Shown: positions 26,231 through 39,593 of the stretch, in pieces
How positions within the stretch are numbered: the stretch's first letter is position 1
Layout: every line of letters begins with the position of its first letter
Assembly (NCBI GenBank): GCA_013265495.1
Contig: MU058153.1
Location: 186,001-250,000 of the forward strand
Length of the DNA: 64,000 nt
Source: Vicugna vicugna
Taxonomy: Eukaryota
Direction of reading: 5' to 3'
Translations under genes and position numbers: made by a program
The notes under the pieces: generated by a model
Database searches by the model: none
Told to the model about the DNA's origin: nothing
What the model saw: the letters and a program-made list of their open reading frames with translations, nothing else

Positions 26231-28439
26231 GAGACAGGGGCAGTCATTCTGTCACATGACGTTCCTTGGCAGAATGAACTGTGTAAGAACTCTGCTGAGC
26301 AAATCATCAATTCAAAAGGAATCCTTTGATCTTTCTTCTGCACTTCTGTCTGCCTAAGAGAATATATGTTGAGTGATTTGGATTTTTGTAGAAGTTCCAA
26401 AGAGTTAAATCCAGGCTTCCCCAGTCATCACAGGAGATGGTATTCTCCAGCACAGAAGGTAGCTTCATCTCCAGAGGACAAAGGATAGTAACCTCCCACA
26501 CATTTCACTCTCAGTAAACAACTAATGGTAAGCACCCACTATTAGGATGTCCGTTCCTGCAGATCCAGGGGGCTGGGGATATACAGCATTGTCTAAAGGC
26601 TTTAAAATGATCAACTAGTGGTATCTGCTGCTCTGGTTAATGTGAGTCCTTCCATTGCTGATTCTCCACAGATAAAACCCCACACTCTTGAGGGAGGTAG
26701 AAATTAAATCTTCATATAAATTATGCGTGATCTGAGACTGCATTCTGCTGTGATCCCACCCAGGCTGCCGATAAATAAACAGTTATAAAGCGTGGACTCT
26801 GTCGGAGACTCAGAGTTCTAGTGCCTGCATCTATTCTCTGTTCTCTCCTTTCCGTTTTATTTCTCTCTTGAGTTCTTCAAAAGACAAGAATCCCTACTGG
26901 GTTATTTTTGTCTCCATTCTTTTCTTTTTAGAAGTTAACAATTCATGCAAAATAGGCTCTATTTTTTTTCCCAAGTATTTAGAAGGACAATGAACCTTGA
27001 TTTTTAAAAACTGCCTTGAGTGTCTGCTTCTTTCCTATTAGTCTGGACAGATTTCATCGGTAACTATAAAATAAAAATGCCAGCTTTTCCTGGCTCTAGA
27101 CAAATGTGCATCTGAAAAGCATTCCCCAGGCCTTGGAATTATCTCTGAAGCACTAGGAACGCATGGTCGTTAGATTTGTATGCAACAGGGTTAAATCCCA
27201 GGTATTTCTCTAGGGACCCTCTCTAGGATTCCCTTTATTCCTCTTTGCCATCTACTGATTCCCCTCTCGTTCCTGCTCATTCTCACTCTCATCTAAGTCA
27301 AGGATAGCAGCTTCAGCCTTGCCCAGGCTCTGACTCTTGCCATCAGTCTGGGTGACTTTCCATTAGTGTGTTGGAACGCTTCCAGCACCCTAACATCTTA
27401 TGTCATTCAACTTTCAATGCCCCATGTTGAAAAAACAATGCTACCTGTGAAACACCATTGAGTATGAAAAGAATCCATCTGCTAGAATTCCTAAAATGTA
27501 GAAATACATTAGGTAGATATTGTTTTCATTTTACAAAAAGAAAAACGGAAGATTCTGATCATCTTGGCTAAGTCATAAAAGCTAATCTACATTTCCAGTG
27601 AGAATGAGAATGATGGTTTAGATTAGTTCAAGGTTGCTTTGACTTCAGTTTACCATGGAAGTAAGAAAGAGCACAAAGGACATAAATGAGTTCAGTGGAG
27701 GTGGTTCTCCAGTGGAGGAACCTTCCTGGCTCCTCACAAAGGGGCACTTGGAGTTCAGTTGTCAAGGCAGACTGACAGAGCGGGTGACTGCTTCTTCAGG
27801 AGGCCAGAGAATTGGATTCAGTTTTCTAAACCACTTGGCTGTCTTAGGGGCTACAACAATGCTCAAGGGTCCACACTGATACCCTAAAATGCATTCTCCC
27901 TGGTGCTTAGTTGCATATATCTGCATAGACCTGGCCTTCTACATCATTTCATAAACTTTCAAACTGTAATAAAGACATTAGGCAACAACCTACGATAAAT
28001 TATTTTAAAATGCTCATAAACTATCAGTATTATAAAGCATCATGAAGTTGCCCCATCAGACCACTTTCAGTTGTTCCATGGAAGCCATCACGTTTAGCAG
28101 TCAGTGCCTCGTTAATAGGCAGTGCTTACTAATAGTTTTACTAAAACATGAGAAAATTCAGCCAAAATAAAACTTTATCTTCATTTCTGAAAAAATTGCT
28201 ATCTTGACCTGATGGTCATAAAGACTCATTATTTCACAAAGACATTTAGAATTTTCCAGATATCCATGGGGTGAGGGCTGATGCCTGTAATAGTTGGACT
28301 TGCAATCCAACATTTTCCAAAGGATATTTATAAAACATGCTCCAAAAAATGAACAAGTAGATACACAGAAATTTTTATTGCTTTAACACTTGCTTCAATT
28401 TTCAGTTTTTAAAAGTTTTTTTAGATTGTTTTGCTTATC

Positions 28440-28590
28440 CATTTTTTTTCTCCTCCCCACTCTAGATTATAAGCCCTGTGAAGCTAAGAGAAGTGTCAGT
28501 TTTCTTCATTGTTCATTGCAAGTTCCTAAAATGCCACATAGCTTACAGAAGGTTGTTAAAAAACAGTTGTTTAAATAGGTGAGTAAATTT
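28440..28590 (+). mobile_element. L2 3' end
   Basis: ctagattataagccctgtgaag...ttcattgttcattgcaagttcctaaaatgcc. Confidence 0.6.
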
Positions 28591-30974
28591 TGATTTAGAC
28601 AGAGAAGGAAATTGTTGAGTAATTTAATATGATAACGTGCCTTCAAAATCTAGAAGAATACGTATAATAGATAATACTTGTCTGAGTGTCCATTGTCTGA
28701 TATGATTGCTTATAAACAGAGATGATGTAAAGATTTGTATTTTTGTAATATTCAGAGGCTCCAGTAAATTAAATGCATGATCAAACTGTGAAGAAGAATG
28801 AAAATTGAAAAGAGCTGATGAAGTGGTACCAAGGGAAAAAAACCATGCAAACAGCTATTTTGGCTAAGTGGCTCCAATAATGATGCAGTTCTCTCAAAAA
28901 GGTAGCAACAGAATAGATTTATTCATTCAGCCACTACTAATCAAATCCCTGTTATTGACCAGACATCTTTCTAGGACCTGGAACCACCTAGATAAAAATC
29001 CAGACTTCCTACTCTCAAGAAACATATGTTTTTGAAGTAGGAAAACAAAGAGAGAAACTTCTGGGTTAAGTGAGAAAATTTTTCTAATAAAGGTTTGGAT
29101 AAGAATGCATGCAATTGAAATGGGAAAAAATAGTAAAATACTACAAAAAAAACCCCTCTAAAATCTCATTAACATATGTTAACAAGTAAGGTCAAGAGAA
29201 AGATGATTATAAACAAAAATCTATATGAAAAGTTTTGAGAACAGATAATTCTTTTAAAGGAAATATAGAGTGAAATGATACGTGTAAGAACAAGTTACAC
29301 TCTTGGTCTAATTACGTCATCTTGGACAAGTTAGTTCATCTTCTTCATCTGCAAAACTAGACATTAGACTAGATCATTTTCTAAGATTTCTCAGAATTCT
29401 TGCAGTCATTATTATAACCAGTACTTTTACAAACTCGTATGGAAAATTCAAGTAATAAACTAAGGTTAATTTATGTTTGATTTACTCTTTGTCTTTCAGA
29501 GATTTTTCCATAATAAACAAAAAAGTTTTCATCTTTAAGTTGGTCAATTTGTGTATTTGGGTAGTTTGACAATTTAATTGTTACTGATCCTTTATTATGT
29601 ACCAGATTGGCAAATAGGAATACAACCATAATCGCCAGCCATGTCTGACACCTCCTTTTTTAACACCTCCCATGGATGTAGGTAGAAATAGCCCTGACTT
29701 CACATATGAGAAAGAGAACAACGGGACAGAATGTCAATGCCTACTATCAGTTGTATCCTATGAAAATCCCATAAAATGTTTCAATTTTACAAAAGAAAAA
29801 TACAAAGCAGGTTGAAGAATTACATGCATCTCCCCATAAAAGAATGATGGCCACCATAATTGAATATGGACAAGACAGATGGGCACAGCAACCAACTTTC
29901 TGATGAAATAGTTAATGGGATGATTCCTTAATAGAAAGAATTGCTGATCTGAATTTTTAAACTCCACTGAGGAAGGGAGTGAAGCTAAAGCTAAAAGGAC
30001 TTAGAATGATTAAGAGGGAAAATGTAATAATTTAGGAGAACAAAATTGTGACTGTTCTCTTCCCTTTTTCTCTCTAAGATTATTTTTCTGTCCTCTTTTC
30101 CTGTCTTACGTTCAAGAGAAATGTTTAAATCATGACAAACAGAAAGTGGAAATTCTTCTTGTGTCTAGTTTCCAGGATAATTTTAAACATGCTTTCCACT
30201 CTTTTATAAATGCTAAATCGTATTGAATGCTGATTCTGGAAGAAACCAAAGTGAATTTCACTTCATTTCCTTTCAATATCATTCTTTTCCTTTTGAATTT
30301 TCTTCTTTAAAAAAAAAAACCTTTCTAGACTTTTCTTTCCCATGTACAGAACAATTTTGTTGCTTCCCACCCTAAGTCATTCTCACCCTTACCCTCCTAT
30401 CAAGGTTTGTCCAATCTCTCTAGGACCTAGACCTCTCACCGTTCAAAGTCATGTCAGCTTTCCTCCTCTGCACGAATTACTGAGCCTGGAACTTTCAGTC
30501 ATCATCACCTACAGACCTCTGGAATAAGATGCTTTACGATTGATAGTCTTCAGAATGAGCAGGCCATTGTGGATAACTGGTTAGCAGGCTGCCTTAGAGT
30601 TGGAGTGCATATCTTGATATTTGTGCCATAAATTTATTATGCTGTCATACCTGTCTTCCATTTATCTGGATCTCTTGACTTCAGTGTGTTATGTTAAAAA
30701 GTGTAAGAATCCTTACAGCAACATAGCTATAATATGGAAATTTGTGTGGCTGCAAGATTCAGCATCAGAATAGAAAAGGCAATTGGGTACAATGTATTTG
30801 CGTGGAATTTACTAAGAATTAGGCAAATGTATCCATGCTTTATTTCTTAAGAATTGGGGGGGTTGGAGTTATAGGCTCTTCAAATTAAGCAATACTAGTG
30901 TTTTCTATTTTACATTTTCTTTATAATTACCCTGTGTGTGTGTTGAGAACACTTTAGATGTACTCAGCACATTT

Positions 30975-31240
30975 CTCTTGGTGGGAATGGAAATTGTTAG
31001 AGCCATTATGGAAAACAGTATGGTGGTCCCTCAAAAAATTAAAAACAGAACTACCATAAGATCCCAGCAACCCCACTTCTGGGTATATATCCAAAGGAAA
31101 TGAAATCAGTATCTTGAAGAGCTATCTGAACTCTCATGTTCATTGCAGCATTATTTACAAATAGCATTTACAACAGAAACAACTTAAATGTTCATCGACA
31201 AATGAATGGACAAAGAAAAAGTGATACACACACATGGAAA
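30975..31240 (+). mobile_element. L1 ORF2 C-terminal fragment
   Basis: ttggtgggaatggaaattg...agccattatggaaaacagtatgg...gaactaccataagatcccagcaaccccacttctgggtatatatccaaaggaaatgaaatc. Confidence 0.9.
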
Positions 31241-31689
31241 TTTTACATTTTCTTTAATAATAAATAGATCTATCTAGTGGTAGCTGTATGTAAGACATGA
31301 CTCTTCCATTTGCATGTGACAGAAACTTAGTTCACACTGGTATACAAAAAAGAATAATTTAAAGAAATTTCTAAAGTCATGGCTGGGTCAAGAGATGTGA
31401 GCTTGATTCTGATTTTCTCTGTAATTCTTACACACTTTCTTCTAAAATGTTAGCCAAGTCAGCTGCAAAGTTCTTATTATTGACAGTATTATTATTATGC
31501 AAGTTCTTTTTATTGCCCAGCTTGGGTCTCATGCCAGAGAGTGCAATTCACATAGACAACAATGTGACTGGCACAGCTTGGCGCTATCTCATGTACTGGT
31601 CTGTTCCCTTACCTCTTTCAGGTCCATAGTTAAATACCAAGAGTTCAGCAAAGCCTTCCTGAGTACTTTACAAACTTATGTAACAGTGC

Positions 31690-31940
31690 CGTTGCCAACA
31701 CTCTCCATCCACGTCCCTTTCTCTATACTCTTCTCTACAGAACTTACCACTATGTGGCACACTGTATATTTTATGTCTTAGTTTGTGCATGTTCTGCTGC
31801 CTTGAAATGTAAACTCCATGAAAAAATTCCTGCCTATTCCCCCACCCCCCGTTTTGTTTATTGCTGTATCCCAAGCACCTGAGACGATGCCTGATACTTT
31901 GTCACCAATAAATATATGCCAAATGAATGAACTGATGAGT
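31690..31940 (+). mobile_element. L2 3' end
   Basis: gaaatgtaaactccatga...ttgctgtatcccaagcacct...aataaatatatgccaaatgaatgaa. Confidence 0.8.
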
Positions 31941-31989
31941 GGATTCTGAAGGAACAGTTTGGTACTATTAACAAAAGAAGGAGGACTGG

Positions 31990-32632
31990 TTCCTGTATAT
32001 TAATTTTGTATCCTGCAACTTTACCAAGTTCATTGATAAGTTTCTATACAATAGCAATAAGCTATCAGAAAGAGAAATGAAGAAGACAATTCCATCTAAA
32101 ACCACACCCCCTCCTCCAAAAACAAACAAACAAAAAAAACCCTAAGAATAAATCTAAGGAGGTAAAAGACGTGTACTTGGAAAACTACAAGACACTGATA
32201 AAAGAAATTGAAGACAATACAAACAAATGGAAAGACATACCATGTTTATGGATTAAATGAATTGATATTGTTAAAATGACCATGTTGTCTAAGGCAATCT
32301 ACAGATTCAAAACAATCCCTAACCAAAATACCAATGGCATTTTTCCTAGAACAAATAATTCTAAAATTTGTATCAAAATACAAAAGACCTTGAATAACCA
32401 AAACAATCTTGAGAAAGAAGAACAAAGCTGGAGGTATCACCACTTTGAATTCAAACTATACTACAAAGCTACAGTAACCAAAACAGTATGGTACTGACAC
32501 AAAAACAGACACATAGATCAATGGAACAGAATAGACAGCCCAGCAATAAACCCATGCTTATATAGTCAATTAATCTACCACAAAGGAGGCAAGAGTAAAG
32601 AACAGGGAAAATATAGCCTCTTCAATAAATAA
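31990..32632 (+). mobile_element. L1 ORF2 fragment with inverted 5' segment
   Basis: 31990-32040 is antisense L1 (reverse complement of LINE..KVAGYKINIQ); 32041 onward is sense ORF2 (KAIYRF..FKLYYKATVTKTVWY). Confidence 0.9.
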
Positions 32633-33919
32633 TGTACCAATCTAGCCCACTTAGCACTAGTCTAAAGAATAGCTCCTCAGAGACAGGTTCAGTTGGTTCT
32701 CACAATGGTATTTTACATGGCAAGAATTTTATTCCAGCACCTAAGGGCTTAACTTAAGGAGAGATACACATTGGCATCTTCTTTTTCAGTAAAAAACAGA
32801 ATTAATTTATAATTATTTTTAAGCTCTCCCCCAAAGGTCCAAAGTATATTAATCAGTGAATAAATCACTTGACCAAATTCACACATGCATATGAATCATT
32901 CCATTACCTTCTGCTCATCTTTGGAGACGAGGCTGTTCTTTTCTTTCCACTTCAACCACATTCTCTCTTTTCACCAATGTCTTTAAAAATAAAAAGAACT
33001 ATGTAAAAATAACAAGGGGGAACCATTAGTGAGAATTTGCTATACCTCTGGTATTTTTTAAATGCTTTAAATAAGTGAACTCCTTTCATCCTCATGAAGA
33101 CCCTTTGAAGGAAATATGATTATTAGCTGCATTTCATAGATAGAATACATGGAACAAAAATGAAGGTGTTAAATGGCCGGCCATCTACACAATTAGCAAG
33201 AGTGGGGAATTACTTAATAAATATTTCCTTCAACTCTGTCTGGGAGAGCCAAATCTAATCTTCAAAGCTATGTTCCTATTTATAGTCATTTATTTAATCT
33301 TCTAGCATTTATTTAGATACTATTAGGTATTATACACTCTACTGGGCATTTGGAATCCAACACGAATAAAACATCCATATCCCAGCCAAGAGTGACATTT
33401 ACTTATGGACATTATCATCTAATCTGAAATACTTTAAATGTTCAAAATGTCCATTTTGTTTCCTCTTCTATTTAGTTTAATTCTGAAAAGCAATCACCAT
33501 TTTATGATCTTCCTAAGTGCCTATAGAAGATAACCCTTCCGTGTACTAATTAAAAAGTCCCCATTGCCCCAAACTCCTTTCTTTAATTTTCAAGGTGAAA
33601 ATATTTGTATGTGGTTAGAAATCCATTGAGTATAAAAAATACATATAATGTAATCTATGTATGTTTCTCTCTCATATTTTTCTCCCAGTCTCCCTCTGGC
33701 CAAAGATGTCTGCTTTTCCTTAGTTCTACCAGATGGTTGTATGTGTGTATACATATGTATGTTTGTACACGTAAATTATGTTTTAGTTGTTCTGATGACT
33801 TGTATTACATTTTGCTCTTTTCCAAGTACATTTAATTGTAGCCTTTTTCAAAGAAGTAAGTCAACCCAAATAAGCTAGATGGAATAGGGATGTCAATTTA
33901 TTTCAGAGAAGATGTGCCA

Positions 33920-34450
33920 GTCACTCTGAAAAAGAAGAAAAGGGCAAGGGATTGAGTGTGTGACAGTCAGCAGTACAATGGAGCATGGTATTGAAGCTAT
34001 GCATGAGAGGAAGTGAGGACTTATTGGAGAGACAGTTAACATTTAGGATGAGCAATGGAGTACAGATTCCAGTAAGTGTGAAGACACTGATGCTATGGTA
34101 GGAGAAAAAACATATTAGAAAGATGAAAGTGATACTCAGAGTAGAAGACTTAAAATGGAAATGATGGAGATGGGTCAGTGATTGGCAAAAACAAGGAATT
34201 GAGTATCTCAGGTAAGGGAAGTATAAGAATGTTGGAGAGGTTGAAGAGGAGATCAAGGCATGAGAGCATAGGACTCTGAAAGAAGCATGCATTTGAATAT
34301 TGAGAACTCCAGGAATAATGACAGCAATACTAGTGAAGAGAGAGATACTGAAATGTATTTATTATGGTCTTACCATATTCTGTGTTTTGGAGAGAAAGAA
34401 TGGAGGTCATAACAAAATAAACAAAGATAAAATATCTCTCCTTATGGTCC
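33920..34450 (-). mobile_element. L2 ORF2 endonuclease-region remnant
   Basis: Reverse complement of ttgaatattgagaactccaggaataatgacag reads VIIPGVLNIQ, a degenerate IILGDFNIH motif; purine-rich + strand. Confidence 0.5.
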
Positions 34451-34762
34451 TCCCCATCTTGTCCTCTGCTGGCTCTTCCTGGGGAGACACAGAAAGTTGG
34501 GCCTCAGCTGTGATGGGAAAAAACTTTTTTCAAAATGGATTCCTATGAATGGCTCTTCATATGATCTAAGCAACTAATGGACATCTTTATTAACTCTTAG
34601 TTCTCTGCAATTATTCATTTCTTCTTATTAATTAAAAAGTATAAGCATACTTCATTTTCAATCACATAAATATTTGATTCCTGGATATTAAATCCCAAAG
34701 TATACTCTACTCAGAGTTTTATTAGCTCTTCTGTCAAAAACCAATTCTGGTTGGAGGAATGG

Positions 34763-35462
34763 TCTACCATGAACTGAAATACTTGTTTCCTCCCAAAATT
34801 CACAGGTTGAAATCCTAATCCCCAATGTGATGGATGGTATTAGGAAATGGGGCCTTTGGAAGGTAATTAGGTCATGGAAGTGGAGCTCTTATGAATAGGA
34901 CTAATGCCCTTAGAAAAGGGACCTCCCAGAGGGCTCACTGCCCATTTTTTTTTCGATGTGAGAATATGTTGAGATATCCCTTGTATGTGGAATCTAAAAA
35001 TTAAATGAATCTATATACAAAGCAGAAACAGACTCACAGGTACAGAAAACAAACTATGGTTTCCAAATAGGAGATGGATGGGAAGAGGGTCAAGTTAGGA
35101 GTATGGGATCAAAAGATACAAACTACTGTACATAAAATTCATAAGCAAGAAGGATTTATTGTATAGCACCTGCAATTATACCCAATATCTTTTAATAACC
35201 TATTAATGGAATACTATCTGCAAAAAAAAAACAAACAAAAAAGAATCTCTGTGCTGTACACCCGAAATTAACATAATATTGTAAATCAATTAAACTTCAA
35301 TAAAAAAGAAGTCAGCAGTCTGCAACTTAGGTTGGGTTCCCACCAGAACCCAACCGTGCTGGCACCCTGATCTCAGACTTTCAGCTCCCAAAACTGTAAG
35401 GAACAAATGTGTGTTGTTTCTAAGCCATGGTGTTTTGTTATAGCCACCCAAAGAACTAAGCC
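34763..35462 (+). mobile_element. MLT1A-like MaLR LTR interrupted by an L1 3' end
   Basis: cccaaaattcacaggttgaaatcctaatccccaatgtgatgg...ggggcctttggaaggtaattaggtcatg and gctggcaccctgatctcagactttcag...ttttgttatagc. Confidence 0.9.
34975..35307 (+). mobile_element. L1 3' UTR insertion (cetartiodactyl type)
   Basis: tatgtggaatctaaaaa...gaaacagactcacagg...gtatagcac...gctgtacacccgaaattaacataatattgtaaatcaattaaacttcaataaaaaa. Confidence 0.9.
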
Positions 35463-35946
35463 GTGGTCCTGGTGTCAAAAGTCCCACATGAATTAGGTCT
35501 GTAGTCTTTAACCTTTTGCGAGTCACAGAGTAAGCGATTAATGCAGATAATCCACGGACTTGGGGTATTTTAAAAATGTAGACTTTCCCTAAGTCCCTCA
35601 TTTAGCTAAAACGTGCTCTGTAAGAAAGAACAAGCTACACAGAAGACCCTCCCTGAGTGGAGTGCGCCTAGGGCATAGCTCTCAGTGATATGAAGGAAGC
35701 TGAATCATGTATTGGAAGCACTCAACTGTCATCTAGAAAAAAACACTTAAAGAAATCAACAAAAACAACTATCAAAAAAAAAAAACAAAAACGAAATGCC
35801 CAAGGCATGTAGGTTCTATCCAATTGAGAGAAACAACAAATAAATGAGCAAACAGACAAACTAAAAAGCTAAGCTCAGATAGGTATTTGCCTGAACAATT
35901 TCACCTAAGTCTGTGCAAGACATCCTCCACGTCTCCCCATACATAT

Positions 35947-35977
<31 letters not shown>

Positions 35978-35986
35978 CACACACAC

Positions 35987-36025
<39 letters not shown>
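35947..36025. repeat. Compound (CA)n(CT)n microsatellite
   Basis: Directly visible; CA ~35947-35987 abutting CT ~35989-36025. Confidence 0.97.
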
Positions 36026-36029
<4 letters not shown>

Positions 36030-39000
36030 CAGTCCATCTTGTAGCAGACAGAGCTCACAGGAGAAACCAGCAATGAGGGTTTATGATTTGACCTCCCTTC
36101 AGCCCCTTGAATGCAGATAATAAAGAAATGTGGGCATATCCTGGTATTAGGCGCTCTTGAAAAATGCAGGCTTCCAGCCGATCAGATGAAATGAAGTCAC
36201 TCCTGTCTTCTGTTAGCAGAGATACCATCCTGATATTAATTTTTAACATGACTCAGAGGAGTGGGTGTTTCTTACCAAGAGTGACACTGAACTAAATCAA
36301 ATGTACTTGTTTGATTGGAAAACCAAAAGTTACTTTTCCCTGGGGAACGAGCGTCATGGTCTTTTGCCCCGAAGCACGTAAGTTAAGTGGAGTGAAGAAG
36401 ACAATGCAGAGATGTTAAAATAAGCAACTTCTCAATAATAAGATTAAATGTCAGAAAAAAGAAATTACCTGCAATTCAGCAAAACGAATGTACTATCCAA
36501 CGTAGCTGTCTCAGGATCCCATCCTACGGAAGTTCCTACTTAGGATTTGGTGGGGGTGAGGAGTGGGAACCAGGGGAGGGAGGAGGAGAAAGACAGTGAG
36601 AAAGCAGAGTCACAAAGAAGGACTTAAGAAAATCACTACTCAGTGAAGAAATGGAAAACCAGCAATTATTATTGCCAATCTTGCTTTACTTAAGCCATGT
36701 AGCCATGCTTGTGTGCGAGTCTAATATATGTGTGTTATGTGTATGCATATGTACCTAATATACAATGTATATCCTACAGATATAAATTTATATATTCTGT
36801 GTAATCATTTGTACGTTCACAAGCACACACATGTATATTCACATATGCACATGTGTATGTATTTCTTCTGGTTTTGTGACTGTTTTTGTGATGCTTTTTT
36901 TTTTTTTTGTAGCTGATGTAAATAGAATCTGATCACCCTCCTGATGAAGCCTACCTTTTGCCGAAGTTGGACTTCTGCCTCTGAGGCGTCGATTGATCGG
37001 TTTACAGGGATAGATGTGGTAAAGGCAGTGCTACAGACACACAATAACTAAGAGTAGACTTAGAATTGCGACCCTAGAAGGTTTTGCAGAATTTCACAAG
37101 TTGATAAATGCAGCTGAACAGTTAAGGTTAAGGCCAATTCCAAAATAAAAGTAACTAAACTCACACGATAACAATGGCTAACATTTTTCTGAACTTACCA
37201 TATGCCATGTACTTTGCTCAATAACTTGATTAACTATTACCTCCATTTAACAGATGAGGAAACTCAGAGAGCCTAAATAGTTCCTCATGATGACACACCT
37301 GCACACCTGGATAGAGAGCTGCAGAGGTGTATGTAAATGTGTGATCTTATTCCAGAGCAATTATTGACCACTTCACTATACTCAAGATGACATTGAGCCA
37401 AGCAATCACTGAGGTTAACTTCCATTAAAAACCACAGGTACATTCTCTAACTATTCAGATCAGGATAAATCATCCATAAACATATGCTCCAGACAAGAGG
37501 GAAAAGAAGGAGAAATATATAATGTGCATGCAGCATTCACGGCAACGCAATGACATTGCCCAGGGAAAAAATATGGAAAAGCCTCATCAGCATTCACAAA
37601 TTTCTTAAATATAATATAAAAATGCATTCCTCATTACACTTAATGACTATCTGCTGCCACTTGGAGTGATTGGAGATTCATTTGAAGATTTTTTTGTTTA
37701 AAGGTTTTCCCTAACTCTCTCTCTCTCTGTCTTTCATCAAACCCAATCGAATCCACAAACAGCACTAGTTCTAAAGCCCCAGTGTGGGGCCAAAGCATAC
37801 AGAATAGCAGTAGCAAGGAGAATAAGAGGCAAAAATTCCACCACAACCGAATCAGCAGATGCACACACACTGGAAAGCAGGCATGTTCCCATAAGACGTA
37901 GATCGTGGAAAACCTCATCACTGGCCTAGTAATTAAAGCACTTTTTGAAAGCATAGGTATGAATGTCAATGTCCTCTAAGGCACCATTTATGAATACATT
38001 ATAAAATGCGGGCAAATCTTGACTGCAAGGACTTTTTCTAACACTGCATCAGAAAGTCTCGTTCTGTAATCTGCATCATAAGACTATGTCTCACCTCCTT
38101 CCCTGACTCCAGTGAGCATTACTCAGGCCTCGTCTGCAGTGGGCATTATTTGCTTCATAGCTATGCACTTTTTCAAAGATCACAAAGTGTTCTTAGCACA
38201 AGGACTAAATCACTGAACTCCTTCTTCTGCAGCGTATATGTGTATATAGGCACAGTGTATGTCTGTGTATGTATATATGTGCCTATATATCTTTATCTTA
38301 TCTATCCATCCATCTATCTATGGATATCATTGCTTTAGAATAATGGAGAGGCATGCACTCTTTGCCATTGTCCCTTTACACATTTATATTGCTCGCCTGA
38401 CATCCCCATAGTCACATTTGAATTTGTAACTGTAACTTTATAGATTCCTCAAGTCATTTCAGTTGTACATTTTCTGTATCCTTAACTAGAAGAGTTCAGG
38501 AAAAGGCATCCTCTCTTGTATTTTCTTCGGAGCACAGGTACATCAACTCTTGAATTTGAGAGCAAAATTTTGTGTGCTTGTGTATTTTTAGGGAATTTAT
38601 CAGACCCTCAAAGGAGTCTATTACCCAAAGAAATTTTAAAGGTCTCATAAAGATAGCTCTGCATTCACATCCATTATTTTATGACCTCCATTATTTTACA
38701 GCTAGAGAAAAGAAAGTGTTTTGGCCAAGGTCTATGGTATAGTATATACTACGCTAATTAATGCCAAACTAGGACTAGTATGAGGTCATGTGACTAGCAG
38801 GGAAGTTCCACTTTCAAGAATTCAATCTATGTTTAGATTTTTAATCAGTATTTGCTTCAATTTTGTACACCCTATATAGGTTTGGGCAAAGGTACATAAA
38901 AGAACAGTTGAATAACATAGTCTCAATTTTAAAAAGAGAAAAATTTGAGTTATTTCTTTTGAATTCCATTAGAATACGTACATTGACTGACTTTCCTCTG

Positions 39001-39548
39001 GATATGTTGATCTTGGGGTCATAGAATAAATTTTCAGTGACAGTGATAACAAACATCACCAAGTAAATGATTCCAGGTTTTAGGAAGAATGATGCTAAGA
39101 ATGATGCTAAGAATGTACTTACTCTAGTGTCTTGCTTAAGAATGCTTTTCTTCCCCCAGGTTACTGTAATCAGCCACATCCTAAATTTTCCATAAATAAA
39201 AATACATTTCTGGAAAACGAGAGTGGTAGAGAAAAGAATGAGGACCACTGTCCATTTTAGAGACCATCTGGTGCAAACCCAGAGGCCATCAAAGCAAAAA
39301 ACTTTTGCTTCAAGTGTAATTTTCTTCCCCCGTAAATCTTTCCCTAAGTTCCACTTCATTGACCTCAGATTGCATGTGCACTGGATTGTTCCGTGCGCCA
39401 TGGCACTATATTCAGGAAGTGGTTCTTTTTCAGCACGTTTAAATCCCAAGATGAAATAGACTTCAGTAAACTGCAATTTTTGAGGCACTGGAGAGTTTCA
39501 TGAGTGCAGAACCCTCTTTTCTGAACTCATCCTCCCGCTTAAGAAAGT

Positions 39549-39593
39549 AGTTTCGGTTTCACAAGTCCCACCCATCTATTGCGCTTCCTTGAA
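39549..39593. promoter_or_regulatory. Candidate ISRE + GAS composite element
   Basis: AGTTTCGGTTTC at 39549-39560 (ISRE consensus AGTTTCNNTTTC) and TTCCTTGAA at 39585-39593 (TTCN3GAA); motif evidence only. Confidence 0.35.

Noticed and set aside
38841..39488. Longest ORF (215 aa, minus strand)
   Set aside because: No ATG start at the called position, no recognisable domain, composition like AT-rich non-coding DNA; likely chance
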